Positions 39,750 to 52,300 of a stretch of DNA of 64,000 bases are shown one piece after another. This DNA comes from Callorhinchus milii (lineage: Eukaryota). The first letter of the stretch is position 1, and every line of letters starts with the position of its first letter. The position numbers and the translations under genes were made by a program. The notes under the pieces are model-generated. The model ran no database searches and had not been told where the DNA came from. It worked only from the letters and a program-made list of their open reading frames with translations. Location: assembly GCF_018977255.1 (NCBI RefSeq), contig NW_024704742.1, positions 124,436,001-124,500,000 of the forward strand, given 5' to 3'.

Positions 39750-40988
39750 CAACAACGACAAGATTCCATTTATAGAGCGCCTTTCACGTCGGGAGGACGT
39801 CCCAAGGCACTGTACAGTTGGGTCAGGACCCGAGCAGGGGGGAAATGGTGAGGGGAGGGAAGGGAGGGAGCGAGGAGGGGGTAGAGAGTCGAGAGGGGAG
39901 CTGAAGGCTCGGTCAAAGAGAAAGGTCTTGAGACCGGCCTTGAAGGAGGAAAGGGAGGAGGCGGCGAAGGCACTGGGGGATAGAGTTCCAGAGCCTGGGG
40001 GCTGAGAGGCTGAAGGCCCGGCCACCGATGGTAGGGCGGTTGGGGCGGGGGATGTGGAGCAGACCGGAGCCAGAGGAACGGAGGGTACGGGCAGGTAGGT
40101 AGGGGGATAGTAGGTCAGAGAGGTAGGAGGGAGCGAGGCCGTGAATGGCCTTGTAGGTGAGGATGAGGATCTTGAATTCGATCCTCTGGGGGATGGGGAG
40201 CCAGTGGAGGCGAGCGAGGGTGGGAGTGATGTGGTCCCGAAGCCTGGTGCGGGACAGTACACGAGCTGCAGAGTTCTGAATGACCTGCAGCTTGTGGAGG
40301 GAGGTGCGGGAAGGCCGGCGAGGAGAGAGTTCCCATAGTCCAGCCTTGAGGTGATAAAGGCGTGGACCAGAGTTTCAGCAGCGTGAGGGGTGAGGTAGTG
40401 CCGTAGTCTGGCGATATTCCGGAGGTGATGGAAGGCGGTGCCAGTTGTGGCGCGGATATGAGGGAGGAAGGACAGCTCAGGGTCGAACAGAACACCGAGG
40501 TTCCTGACTGGCTTTGAGAGGAGGAGAGTGCAGCCTTGGATGCTGATGGTGTCAGCGCCTGAGGTGCGGAGGCACTGACGCGAGCCAATTAGGAGGGCCT
40601 CAGTTTTTCGCACGTTGAGCTGAAGAAAGTTGTCTCTCGTCCAGGACTCGATGTCGGACAGGCAGCTGTCAGGACATCGGTGGTCGTGGAGTTGAGGGTA
40701 GAGGAGGAAAGGTAGAGTTGGGTGTCATCCGCATACATGTTAACCCCATGTCTGCGGATGATGTCACCAAGGGGGAGCATGTAGAGGGTGAAGAGGAGGG
40801 GACCGAGGACAGAGCCCTGAGGGACACCAACGAGACAGTGCAGGGGGTGGAGGAAAAACCATTTGTGGAAACAAAATGAAGACGGTGGGAGAGGTACGAC
40901 CTAAACCACTCAAGGACAGGGCCTTGAAGGTTGAGGTGGGAGGACAAGCGGTGGAGGAGGATAGCGTGGTCGACCGTATCGAATGCAA
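39750..40988 (-). mobile_element. Relatively young 5'-truncated L2 LINE (RT C-terminal half, 3' UTR and tail)
   Basis: [35 protein letters not shown] and HAFITSRLDYGNSLLAGLP, with few frameshifts and many CpG retained. Confidence 0.96.
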
Positions 40989-41134
40989 ATATCAAATATC
41001 AAAAGAATTATTCCTGAATTAGAGCCGAAATATCTGGAGTTCCTTCAGTGTGAATGTAAAATAAATGTCAATATTTTATTTCTACTTTCCAACACTTCTA
41101 GGCTCTAACTAACCAACATCTAATGCTCTCTGGA

Positions 41135-41210
41135 ATTAGGCTTTGGGATGTCCTCCTGACGTGAAAGGCACTCTATCAATGTAATTTTGTTGTTGTTTGT
41201 TGTTGTTGTA
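41135..41210 (+). mobile_element. L2 3' tail
   Basis: gggatgtcctcctgacgtgaaaggcactctat...(TTG)n. Confidence 0.75.
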
Positions 41211-42149
41211 GGTAACCAGGGTGTGTCTCTCCAGAGAGACAGCCGCATTCTTATTCCAGACATGGAAATTTTCACGTGTAGGTGGCATGTGTGGAGCTCT
41301 CAGCACGTGTTGTATATTTGTAAATACGGTGATGCGTTTCCACATACGTCAGACACTCGGCTGACCGAAAAACAATCCATCACTTAAATGTTAGTGACAC
41401 AGTCAGTTAAATACTGTCGACTTTATTCATATCTGCCATTTGCTTTATAAACTGTTTGTTTTCAAAATCTCAGATTATGAACACATTTGTTGACATTTTA
41501 ATGTTTGGTGGGAGTCGTGAATATTTACAACACTTGTTTTTATAAAAATATTTAAATCCCGACAACCCTAATATTTTCCTACAAATACATAGAACAGCAT
41601 AAACATCCCTGCTATTTTGTAACAAAGACCCATTACAGCATATCTTTCTGTAGGCAATGAAGTGCATGCTATACTCAATACAGTAATATTATTTGATTTT
41701 CTCTGTAAAAATGGGATAATAAATTTGAGTCTTTTGTTACTGTATAAGATACTTTGTCAAATGCTAAAATTAATTTGCAGGAATGATTGAAATTGGTTCC
41801 ACATGTCACAATGTTCTAAAGGAACATCAATGGGAGCTCAGCTGGTTGCGCACTATACTTGGGACCTGGAATCATTCAGCCCTTGACCCGTTTGAGATTA
41901 ATAAAATGAGTACCACATCTAAAATAATATCCTTAAAGGGGGTGAGAAGAGAGGGAGGTTAGTGGTATTTTCTGGTATTGAACTGACTTTTAGCTCTGTA
42001 CATCATTAGAGCTCAATAACACAGCAAGATTAAATACTTTCAGAATTAAACAAACTAATTTACACTGATACCACATACGCTTCCTCCTTAATATTTCTCT
42101 ACTTCAATTCCTTGTCATATAATATCTAGGTACAAATAAATTAAGTTTA

Positions 42150-42360
42150 TCTACAAATACACAGTCACTCCACTTCACAGTATATCCTGTGAAGAGCTTT
42201 GAGACATCCTTCTGATGTGATAAGGTGCTATAACAAATGATAATTTTAATAATAAAATAATCTTTGCATTTGATATAGCGCTTTTCACGTCTTCTCGACG
42301 TCTCAAAGCGCTTCACAGAATAAACTGTAAAGTGTATTGACCATATATTTGTGGGCGAAA
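42150..42360. mobile_element. Two SINE tails facing each other (plus 42150-42245, minus 42250-42360)
   Basis: Both match the shared SINE tail, in opposite orientations. Confidence 0.8.
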
Positions 42361-44940
42361 TTATTATATCATTATTATTATATTAAGAGGTCAGAAACGC
42401 ATCTAAAAAATTCTTTCATGCAAACTTGCATCACATCACTCTGCAGGAGATCACACTGTTAATGAAGGGCAATTTGCTGTCGTATGATCACCTTGAAATT
42501 CTAGAATCTTCAAAATATTTGTTCATCCTCAGCAGTTCAGTGAATACTAAAGCCAGTCCAATGGCCTTCATGCTGCATGTTGTGTGGTAAATTGATATGA
42601 TTTGGCAGTGATTCGCAGTCATACATGTGTTATAAACTGGAGTGTGGGTGGGGGGGCGGTAAAGAAGCGCCGTTTGCACTTCTGACACCACATAGAACAG
42701 ATGATTTCAGAAGCAGCACAATTTACATCTACTGCAATATAAACACCGTGGGAGCAAATCACACTTGGCTTGTTCCCCCATGTTTCTTTGAACACTCTTG
42801 GCCCATTGAAATATCCCAGTACTTCTAACAAGCAACATTTTTTAATTTATTAAAGCACAGATTGGACAACTGTCTGTGCTTTAATAACAAACTGAAACTG
42901 CATATTGTGCATTTATTTATTTGTTTGTTTATGATCCTGATTCAATATAATGTGGGAAGAATAAATTAGGCTTCCACATTGCTGTAACATTAAAGGCTTT
43001 TAACTTGATTAGATTTTTTTCCAATGGGACATGGATGCACACAACTTCACAAGAATTTGAGAGTATATCAGACCACGTTTAACAATTTCTAGCCTTAAAA
43101 ATAGCAAAATAAAAGCCTTCCAGCACTGCTTTAATGTGTAAACATTTTTTTTAAAAAGTAAAGCAACTTCAATCTGAATGAACTCAATGACCTTAATTCA
43201 TGCTAATAGGACTTGTGTGTTCAATGTGAAAATCTGCCAGATCCTATACCAGAGCATTTCAAAGATAGAAGGGTGGTGAGGGTCAGTGATCAGTTCTGAA
43301 ACATAGCTGATTCGACTCTTCCCATTACACCAGAAATGTATTGCACCTACTCTTTGTTGAATTTCCAGCATCGATCCTTTGACAAGCAACTGAAGCATTC
43401 TTTAAAGGACCATTGCATCATTTAACCCTATGCCCTCACCCAAAGTTCATTCTGTTCAATTCTGTGCTTTGGTGAAAGGACAGTCTAGTGAAGACAAAGG
43501 GTTAATGAGTAAAACAGAAAGGCTCTGGGTCTGGTGCAAATTCCATGGTTTCAAAAAAATTACAGTGAAGAGAAACAAAGTTTTGTGCGTTAACTAATTT
43601 TTAAAGATTTACAGTAAGAAATAGGTTTATGGTCTTTATGACTAATAACAATATCAACTGGTAAGTCACAAGACAACTGGTTTTGAAAATATGCCTTGGT
43701 GGGAGCTAAGCAGAATAGAACCAGGAAAATATCACAAGCTTATACTCAACAGTCAATGAAAATGAGAGTGCCTCTCTAAAGGAATTAAAACAAGATTAAC
43801 TTGCTACATAAGCATTTTAAAATAACATTTTAAAAACTTTTACTTTGAGGCTAGGATACTTAAAAGCCCTTTTGTTTTTTTTACTATGTCTAGTCATAGT
43901 ACATACTTTGGTCTCTTTAATATGGGCAGAACTCAGAAGTGTTTGAAAACCCACACACCTAGGTGGAGATTAAGAAAAACTCCTAGCTCCTACAAACAAG
44001 ATCTACCTAACACTGGTAATATATTGTTCAGTCAAAATCAGAATACAAGGTAGTTACCTTGAGAGAACAGTTTACTGCATTATGGTGAAATACTCTTATC
44101 TTCACCATCTAGAATAATTTTAAGCTATTTAGAAGGTCTATTCCCATTCTTATGTATGTGGCAAACAAGCAAGGGAAGTCTGCGCCCAAACACAGACAAA
44201 CCTCCCAGCAAGCTCCCACCAGCCACCCAAGACTGTGTGCTGTGCTAGCTGCTTTCTATTCAATACCAGAATTTCACACATTTCAATGACCATTACAACT
44301 TCAAAGAATCAAATTTTCATCATTGTCTGTCATCTGCCAGTTGATTTGTATAAAAGAGGTCTTCTATGTGCACCCTACACAAAAGGCTGCTCGCTATCGC
44401 AGCTATATATCAAGTTTAAAAGTTTTGTTTGTGACAGTTGTGTCTGTGGTAAATTAAGGCAACACTGAGAGACTGCAGCTGCTCTGTCGAGACCTCTTTT
44501 TTGGCATCTTCTCCCTTAAATTAAAATTGAATAAATAGTTTCTGCATTCATAAAATCACAAAAACGCCACCAGACTGTTGGTAATTATTTCCGGTTACCC
44601 CTCAGCAATTCCCACATGTAGTTGACAGATAGGGTCAGGACACATTTTCAAACGTTTCTTATTCTCAGTTTTTTTCTGCCAATAACTTGATGTGCTAACA
44701 AACCTTCCACAAGAAAAAGGATTGTTTTGAGTAATATCGTATGTTTAAACAGCAGCATGCAGAATTTGAAAACCAATGACCAATTTTCTAGTTCCTGTAG
44801 TATACAGTATTTCCAATGGAATAAAAGCATTTGCAATATGATTTATAATAATAAATTCTGACAATGAACATTTGTAAAAGCAAGGAACCTCTTGCATGAA
44901 CATGAATCGTTTATTGAAAAATTGTACAAGTCATGCTCAC

Positions 44941-45130
44941 AAAAACAATAATAAATTGGTCATTTTCAATCTACGACTGTTTGTGGGACACTGCTGTGTG
45001 CAATTGGCTGCAGCGTTTCGCCCACAAATATACAGTCAATTCACTTTACTGCATATTCTGTGAAGCGCTTTGAGACGACTAGAAGATGTGAAAAGCGCTA
45101 TATTAAATGCAAGGATTATTATTATTATTA
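44941..45130 (+). mobile_element. Young SINE 3' half
   Basis: Near-consensus body and (ATT)n tail. Confidence 0.9.
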
Positions 45131-45239
45131 ATGACCACACATTGTTTGTCTTATCCAATACTCGACAAAATTCATGCTGTGTTTGATGGTGATTCACTGC
45201 GACTTGATTTTCAAAAAAATCCACAGTGCTGACACACAA

Positions 45240-46075
45240 TGTGGGAGCCTGACTCAAATGGTAGCACAACTGCCTCAGTCAGATTTGAGTTGTGGATTTG
45301 AGCCCCACATTGCGACTTCGAACCCCATGTTGGGATTTTGAACTTATATTCTAGATTAAGAACATAAGAACATAAGAATTAGGAGCAGGACATTCGGTCC
45401 CTCGAGTCTGCCCCGCCATTCGATAAGATCATGGCTGATCTTCTGACTTAACTCTAATTACCTGCCCTATCCCCATATCCCTCTATTTTTTAAAAATCTA
45501 TCAGTTTCAGCCTTGAAGATGTTCAAGGACTGAGCATCTACAGCCTTCCATAAATTCACTACCCTCTGAGTGAAGAAATGTTTCCTCAACTCTGTTCTAA
45601 AAGGCTGACCCTTAATGTTAAGACTGTGACCCCTGGTTATAGATTCTCCTACCAGGGGAAACAGACCCTCAGAGTCTACTTTATCCAGCCCTTTAAAAAT
45701 CTTATATGTTTCAATAAGATCTCCCCTAATTCTTCTAACCATGCAATGCACTGCTGGGAGTGCGCTCCACTGTTGGAGGTACTGACATTCAGATGAGATA
45801 TAAAACTGAGGCTCCATCTGCCTGTTCAGATATATGTTAGAGATCACATGGCACTATTTCAAAAGAGAAGGGAGTTTCCCCTGTGGATCAGCCAACGATC
45901 TCCTAAATAAAATTGGTTATTGACTTCATCTATGTTTGTGGGACATTCACAAATTGGCTGCCGTGTTTCCCTACAAAATACAGTTACTGTATATTTATGA
46001 GATATCCTGCGAACTGCTTTTGGGAGGTCCTCCCAATGTGAATGGCACTATATCAATGTAAACATTATTATTATT
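45240..46075 (+). mobile_element. Old Deu-domain SINE split by a CR1 insertion
   Basis: Head at 45240-45356; core and tail at 45740-46075. Confidence 0.8.
45357..45738 (-). mobile_element. Short 5'-truncated CR1, same subfamily as 14593-15351
   Basis: RIRGDLIETYKIFKGLDKVD...TRGHSL...FFTQRVVNLW; (CATAAGAA)n tail. Confidence 0.93.
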
Positions 46076-48775
46076 CATAAATCCTTTTGGAAATCAATGG
46101 ATACTAAATACTCAAATCAATATTCTAAAAATTCCATAGAATACCTTAGTATAATTAGTTCTAGGGGACTGTATTTAATGAGAAAAAAAATCAAAGCGTT
46201 TATTTTATTTTGGATAATGTTATGTAGATACATGAAGAGGTATCATAACTGAGAAAATGGATTTCCATTCTTGGACCAACTATCAGGACATCCTGTGGGC
46301 ACACTATTCAAGCTTCAGATCACACACGTTGTTAGGATTAGTAGGGTCTGGAAAAAATATTCAGAAGATTAAAAATAAAAAAATCTATTGGCCATTAAAA
46401 TAGAAAAATGTCCAGAAGCAGGTATGAAAGTGGCGACATGATACAATGGAATGGCAGATGTAACATTAGAGATGATACAATCCACCAGTGAATTCACTGG
46501 AAAGTATGTAACGGATGAACACCAGCCTAAGATCTGCATGAAGCAGTCCCAGATCAGCTTTGATATGGGCTAGACAGTATAAACTAGAACATTGTGCCTA
46601 CTCAAAAGTCAATCAATTACAGTTTCTACAAAGAGTACAGTTTTGAAGCATAAGGTGTTAGAAAAACACATTTTTTTTCTTTACTGATGTAGGATAAAAT
46701 TCCCTCTGCCCAAAGACCAAACATTAACTGAAGCACTTCCAATTGTACCAATGAGTCTTACCGATTCCCTACACCAGGTATTTTTGAATGAAAATTCTAA
46801 TTTAGTCCCCCATGCTGTGAAATTTCTTGCTGTCGGGTTCATACTCATTAAGAACTGGATGTAAACTGGCTAAATCCAATTCATGTGGGATTCATGGTGA
46901 GAGGAGACTCTCAATCCATCAAGTTAAGAATAATTCATGCAAGATCCAAGAGGTGAAATGACAAGCATACCACCTAACCCAACTGGGCTACTCCAGCACT
47001 CCACTGGAACATTTCCATATCATCAAACGTAGTCCTAAAGCCCCAAATGAGGTTGTCCATTGTCTTGAATTTTAACTGGTATTTCTTTCGAAAAAGAATA
47101 CTGCTAAAACTCAAGACAAAGGGAGCATGAAATGCATCTAGTGCAAGTTAAAATTTGGTAAAAGTGCACTGTAGATTGCGTAAATCACTGAAAAACAGTT
47201 CAGCTGAAACGGGAAAGAGGGAGTAAGAAGGCGCATTTAAGTGTCACTGGATTTATACATGTGTAATGCTGTATCATTAGACAAATCATCCTACCATTCT
47301 GACAATCCTCTGAATGGTTATCCTTCAAAATTTCCAATTCTGACATAAATTTGCTATCCAAAAATCCAAAGAATTGAAGTCCAAGTGAATAAAACACGTG
47401 TTATAGTTTTTAAATAAGATCAGGAATAAGAGCAATGTGCATGAAAATCCCCCTATAAAAAGAGGAACAGAGAAGGTTGGAAATCATTCAAAAGGATTTT
47501 TAAAGCACACACAGAAATGCAAATGTCTTTGTGAACTAAAAGAACCCAATTTTCAAAAGATTTTAAGCTAATGCAAATGTATTTGGCACTTGGGGAAAAA
47601 AAACTCCAGACTTTCTGTGCTATTTTACTACTTCTGCACTACTTTTCATATACACAAAAAGTGTTTCCCATTTGGTATTGCTGAAATTTAGCACCGAGCT
47701 TGGGGGTGTTCAGGTGCTAATTACACACAAAAAGTGTAACACGACACCACAGTATTTGATAATTAGTGCATTTTCAACAGTGCTTGTTAGCATAAACACT
47801 ATACAATACTGGCTACAAGCACCTCATTACAATCTTACTTTTAAAGGTAATTAACCTACTGCAATCTGTTAACATTTTTGGAGATTTCTTGCAGCTATTT
47901 ACAATCTCTCAGTTTCTATGATATTGCAACATAAATAAACTTGTGTTATAACAAAGCACCTTGTAACAGTGTACAACTGTACAAGGGGATCCCTAAAAAC
48001 AATGTTACGGATAAATTCTGGTAAAGACTGCTAAATACTAAGCCTGCATTTATTTTAAAGTACTCTGAGAGAGACAAGTTGGCATCAATTCATATCTGCT
48101 ATGCTTAAGCTTCATGGGTAAATCAAATTATTCTTGAAACTACTTTCTCTTGGTGGTGTTAACCATGAGGGTCCAACATGGTTTGTTGCAGCTGAACTCC
48201 AATTTATTTATACTGCATGTTTCACATTGAATCTTCATGTACAGCACAAACAAAGCCTAGCAAATTAACACAAACTCTGCTTTACATCTGTTCAGTGAAT
48301 AACAATTAACCTGAAGAAATAAGATGTGTTAAGTAGAATCCCAGAACCTTTAAATTCCAGATCCTGTCAATTTGGCTCAGGACTCTAATATGGCGGAGTG
48401 AGTTCTATTATATCTCATATGTAAAGACGTACTAATATGCAAACCACATACAAAGGTGTATTAATAATAATCCTTGTACTTGATATAGCGTCATCACATT
48501 ATCAAACTGTCTCAAAGTGTTTAATGGGATTTATTACAAAATGTATTGACCATACATTTGCAAATGAACATGACAACCAATTTGTGCACTGAAGCATCCG
48601 ATAAACAACCATGAAGTGACTGACCAGATTACCTGTGGGATAGTTAGCCAGGGCGCTGGAGGTACCTTCCTTCTCTTTCAAATAGTATTACAAGCTTTTT
48701 TAAATCCATCTGAACAGGTAGATGGAGCAGAAGTTTAAAGTCCCATTCTAAGGTAAGCATCTCAGACAATGCAGT

Positions 48776-48983
48776 AACAAAAACACAGATCGCTGGGAAC
48801 ACTCAGCAGATCAGGCAGCATCTATGGAGAAAGGAAAGTGGGTCAAGGTTCTGACGAAGGGTCACGACCCGAAACGTTGACCGACTTTCCTTTCTCTGTA
48901 GATGCTGCCTGACCTACTGTGTTTTTGCAGTGATCTCTGTTTTTGTTTCACATTTCCAGCATTTGCAGTATTTTGCGTTTATT
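48776..48983 (+). mobile_element. Fold-back Penelope-derived element with a 14-bp TSD
   Basis: tcagacaatgcagt at 48762-48775 and 48984-48997. 48776-48850 is an imperfect reverse complement of about 48873-48949. Shares agatgctgcctgacct with 19495-20045. Confidence 0.85.
48847..48882 (+). ncRNA. Minimal type I hammerhead ribozyme motif (Penelope type)
   Basis: GGTT-CTGACGA-A-GGGTC-AC-GACCC-GAAA-CG-TT-GACC: both conserved core boxes, a perfect stem II, a palindromic ACGT in place of stem III and a 4-bp stem I. Activity is not demonstrated. Confidence 0.72.
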
Positions 48984-49026
48984 TCAGACAATGCAGTGAT
49001 CAACCAGCACTGCACTCAGCCGAGAC

Positions 49027-49373
49027 CAGTGTTTCTCAAATGCAGTCACCTGCGATTTTGTGCAGCCACAGCAACTCCCCGGCCCGGTGGGTTAGGTGGG
49101 GGGAGAGCGCGTGCTGGTTCTTGTAGTTTGAGCACACACTGGGCCCTCAGAGGGTTTAGTCAGTCTACAGCACCCAGGGAGCACCGTGGGGTCAGAAGGG
49201 TGGCCAGTCGGACACGTGCGCGCACATTTTCCCCTCTTTTCTGTCTCTTCCTGGCTCCAGGACGGGTGGTGGGGGTGGAAGTAATGCAGGTTACAAAAAG
49301 TCAATCTACAGCCACCAGCAAGTATTGGTGGCCGCACACCAAGACCACCAAAAAAAANGTTTGGGAACCACTG
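49027..49373. mobile_element. Non-autonomous hAT (Charlie-like) DNA transposon
   Basis: Ends CAGTGTTTCTCAAA and TTTGGGAACCACTG; 8-bp flanks gccgagac / gcccaaac (6 of 8 identical); GC-rich interior; one N at 49358. Confidence 0.82.
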
Positions 49374-52300
49374 GCCCAAACTATGTGTAGGCTGATGTGG
49401 GACCTGAATTCACAACCTTGTGTAGTGCTTCAGGATACTATCCTGTGTGAATGGCACTATATTAACGTAAGTAGTAGTTGTTAGTAGTAGTAGTTCTGGC
49501 TCAGAGGCAAGAACACTACAAACTTAGCCCAGCTATGGCAAAGCCTGCTCTGTCTCCATTCCATGTGGGATAATGATACTGATGTGGCAGTGGGGATGGG
49601 GTATTAGAAGAGCTTCAGTATTGACCATGGAGGGCAAAAAAAAAAATGGACAAGGTTCCCATCCCTGATTACCAGCCAGCAACCTATTGGCAGGAATGGG
49701 AGTACCTGTGACAATTCCTTCCCACATGGCTAAATCTCAAGGCTCACACATGACGAACTGCCATAGGAGTGATACTGCAAAAGTGGAACGAGAAGGCGGA
49801 AGTAAATTTCAGGTGGAGTTTAAAAAAAATCTTTTGAAAGCATAAATAGTTAAACTATTTTTTAACAAAGATTTGAGAAGTAAATAGTAAATCCCTACAT
49901 ATTAAATTTCTTTTTGGCTGAAATAAATAATTGCTCAAGTGAAAAAATTATATCATGAACATTAAATACTTTGTTCTCATTCCAACCCCAGCATCCGGAG
50001 TCATTTAGTTGTTGAAATGAACAATTTTATTGTTTAAGCTGCTGGTGTACTGTTATCCAAGTCAGATTTTCTTCCTGGCATCGTGTGCACTGCAGAAGCC
50101 TGCTTGCATCATTGTTTCAGTCCAGCATCCCAAGCTGACTTCTTTGCCCTCTTCTGACTATTTCCTTTGTTACTCTTTCTCTACCGCCAAATTGCTTTAT
50201 CCAGTCAAATACTGAAGTATGAAGAGGATTGTACCTCTGTTGGAATCCAAACACTGGAGTAACATACTGTTTTTGTTCATTCTCCACCAATTGGGGCTGA
50301 GCCCAGAAACTGGGAGGTTGCTCTTGCCCTGCCCACCACTCTCATTACACTCAGTTTGCATCCACTCCCCACAGGGAGAGGATTATACACTGATGCATCC
50401 TGTGGGTCTCATATTTCTTTATTTGTATCTCAAATATTTTTACTCTGCTCCCCATGGGGAAAGGTGTGGACCAGGGGCCCCATTTGTGCTAACAAACTGC
50501 TTTATTCAGTGTGGTCTAGATCGATTTTTATACCTCTAAAACTAAGCACATTTTAACATAAGTGTTTTATACTTTTTTTGCACAGTCTCTATTCTCTATT
50601 TTGCACTGCAGATGAGCAGAATGTGAATTTATAATCCTGGCAGAGAAGGAGTTTTACCGTTCTCTTCCTTCTTGGTTATGGTGTATATCCTGAAGGTCGA
50701 AAGAGCATATATAGACAATTGAGAATACTACATTTTCATTTATACATTATTCAAAAGGTAGTTTAAAAAAATATTGCTCTGTTCAGGCTCATCACAGGCA
50801 GTATTTTACAAACTCAACAGTAATATCCAGTTGTACTTTCCTATAAATACATAAAAATCTCCAAGGTAATCTCTGCAAACAAAAACATGTGTTGACCATC
50901 TGATGGTTTGTTCCAAATACATGCTAATTCTAACATGTATTTGGAATGTTTTTGTTCTTCCAAGATAATTAAGTTGTAACCTTCCAAACACAAGCAGTTC
51001 CCCTCGTGCTTTTTTTAAAGTTTAATTTTTATACACATTTTTCCTCAATTATATAATATTTGACACGCAAATATTTGAACCCAAAACTAACTTTCTGACA
51101 TGTGCTCAAAATACTTTCAGAATTTTGAAGACCTCTTCATAAAATCTTCTCTTCAGCTTCTGCATCCTGATAGAAACAAACCCTATTATTATTATTATTA
51201 TTATTAACTCTACTGTATCAGGATGCCCCTCATTCCTGAAATCATATGTGTGAACTTTCTCTGCTCCCTTTCCATGTTCTGATATCTCTTGTCCCGGGCA
51301 AGAGATATCTCTCGTAATCCCTGACTGTTCAGAGTCTTAATTTCCTTGCTTTTATATGTAATGTCATGAATCCATGATTTGTAGCCCAGATGGATATTAA
51401 AATCATATTCTCAAAAATGACCACTGATAAACAACTAAAATCCCAAAGATATTTTACTATTCTCCACCCCATATTAAGACAACAAACTCAGGGAAATTGT
51501 GAAAACTGAATTTGTGGCCTACTTCTTGTGATATTCTATGAATAAGCACATTATGACATTCAGGTTAACCAATCATTTAAAATTACACCAAGCTTCCAGA
51601 ACAAGAAACACCCATACATAATTCTTGTTCTGAAAAATCTGGTAATTTCCAATTTATTGTGCTAAACTAAAAGGCTAACAAAAAGATATTTTTTCAAAAC
51701 ATAATTCTTTGCTAAATACCCTACCAGTATAAAGCTAAATATACAAGCATCCATCAAAAGCCGTACAGTGTGTTGAACAACCTATTTACATTTACGTTTT
51801 AGCCATCTCGGTTTCAGGCTTGAACCTCTTTAACCTAGCCATGATTCTGTCAGGAAAATCTAACCCAGTTCAAATGTAGCAAAATATAAAATTATATTTC
51901 GCTGGCTGACTCTGGCTCTGGTATTTCTCACCTGTAAACTACAAACTGTTTACAGGTGAGCATTTAAGCATTAATCTAATCAGATTTTACAATAAGGTAA
52001 ATATCTCCTCAATTTTCTCAGTTTTATTCGCCTTGGGAGAAAATATACCTTGGCATAAACATCAAATGAGTTGAGAGTCGCCAAAAGGTCCCCAGATGCT
52101 ACTCAACTGCAATCAACGGTATAATTTTTGAAAGTTCTTTCTAGAATATACTACCTTATATGAATGCAACAGACAAAAAATACTTAATGAGATTGTAAAT
52201 CTCCACTGTAATTGTTAGAAACACCTCATAACCTCTTTACTGAAAGTTCTGATTAAATGAAACAGATCACAATGCTTCCAATTTGCTGTGCGTTTCGCTC

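Larger units (their letters stand above)
48462..49530 (-). mobile_element. Old Deu-domain SINE hosting two DNA/retroelement insertions
   Basis: Tail and core at 48462-48775, a short piece at 48984-49026, and head remnants at 49374-49530. Confidence 0.7.

Noticed and set aside
39726..40613. Longest ORF (295 aa) as a host gene
   Set aside because: It is frameshifted L2 ORF2 running into the element's 3' UTR.
48930..49484. 184-aa ORF
   Set aside because: It spans three unrelated nested repeats, is open because the MITE interior is GC-rich, and has no transposase motifs.
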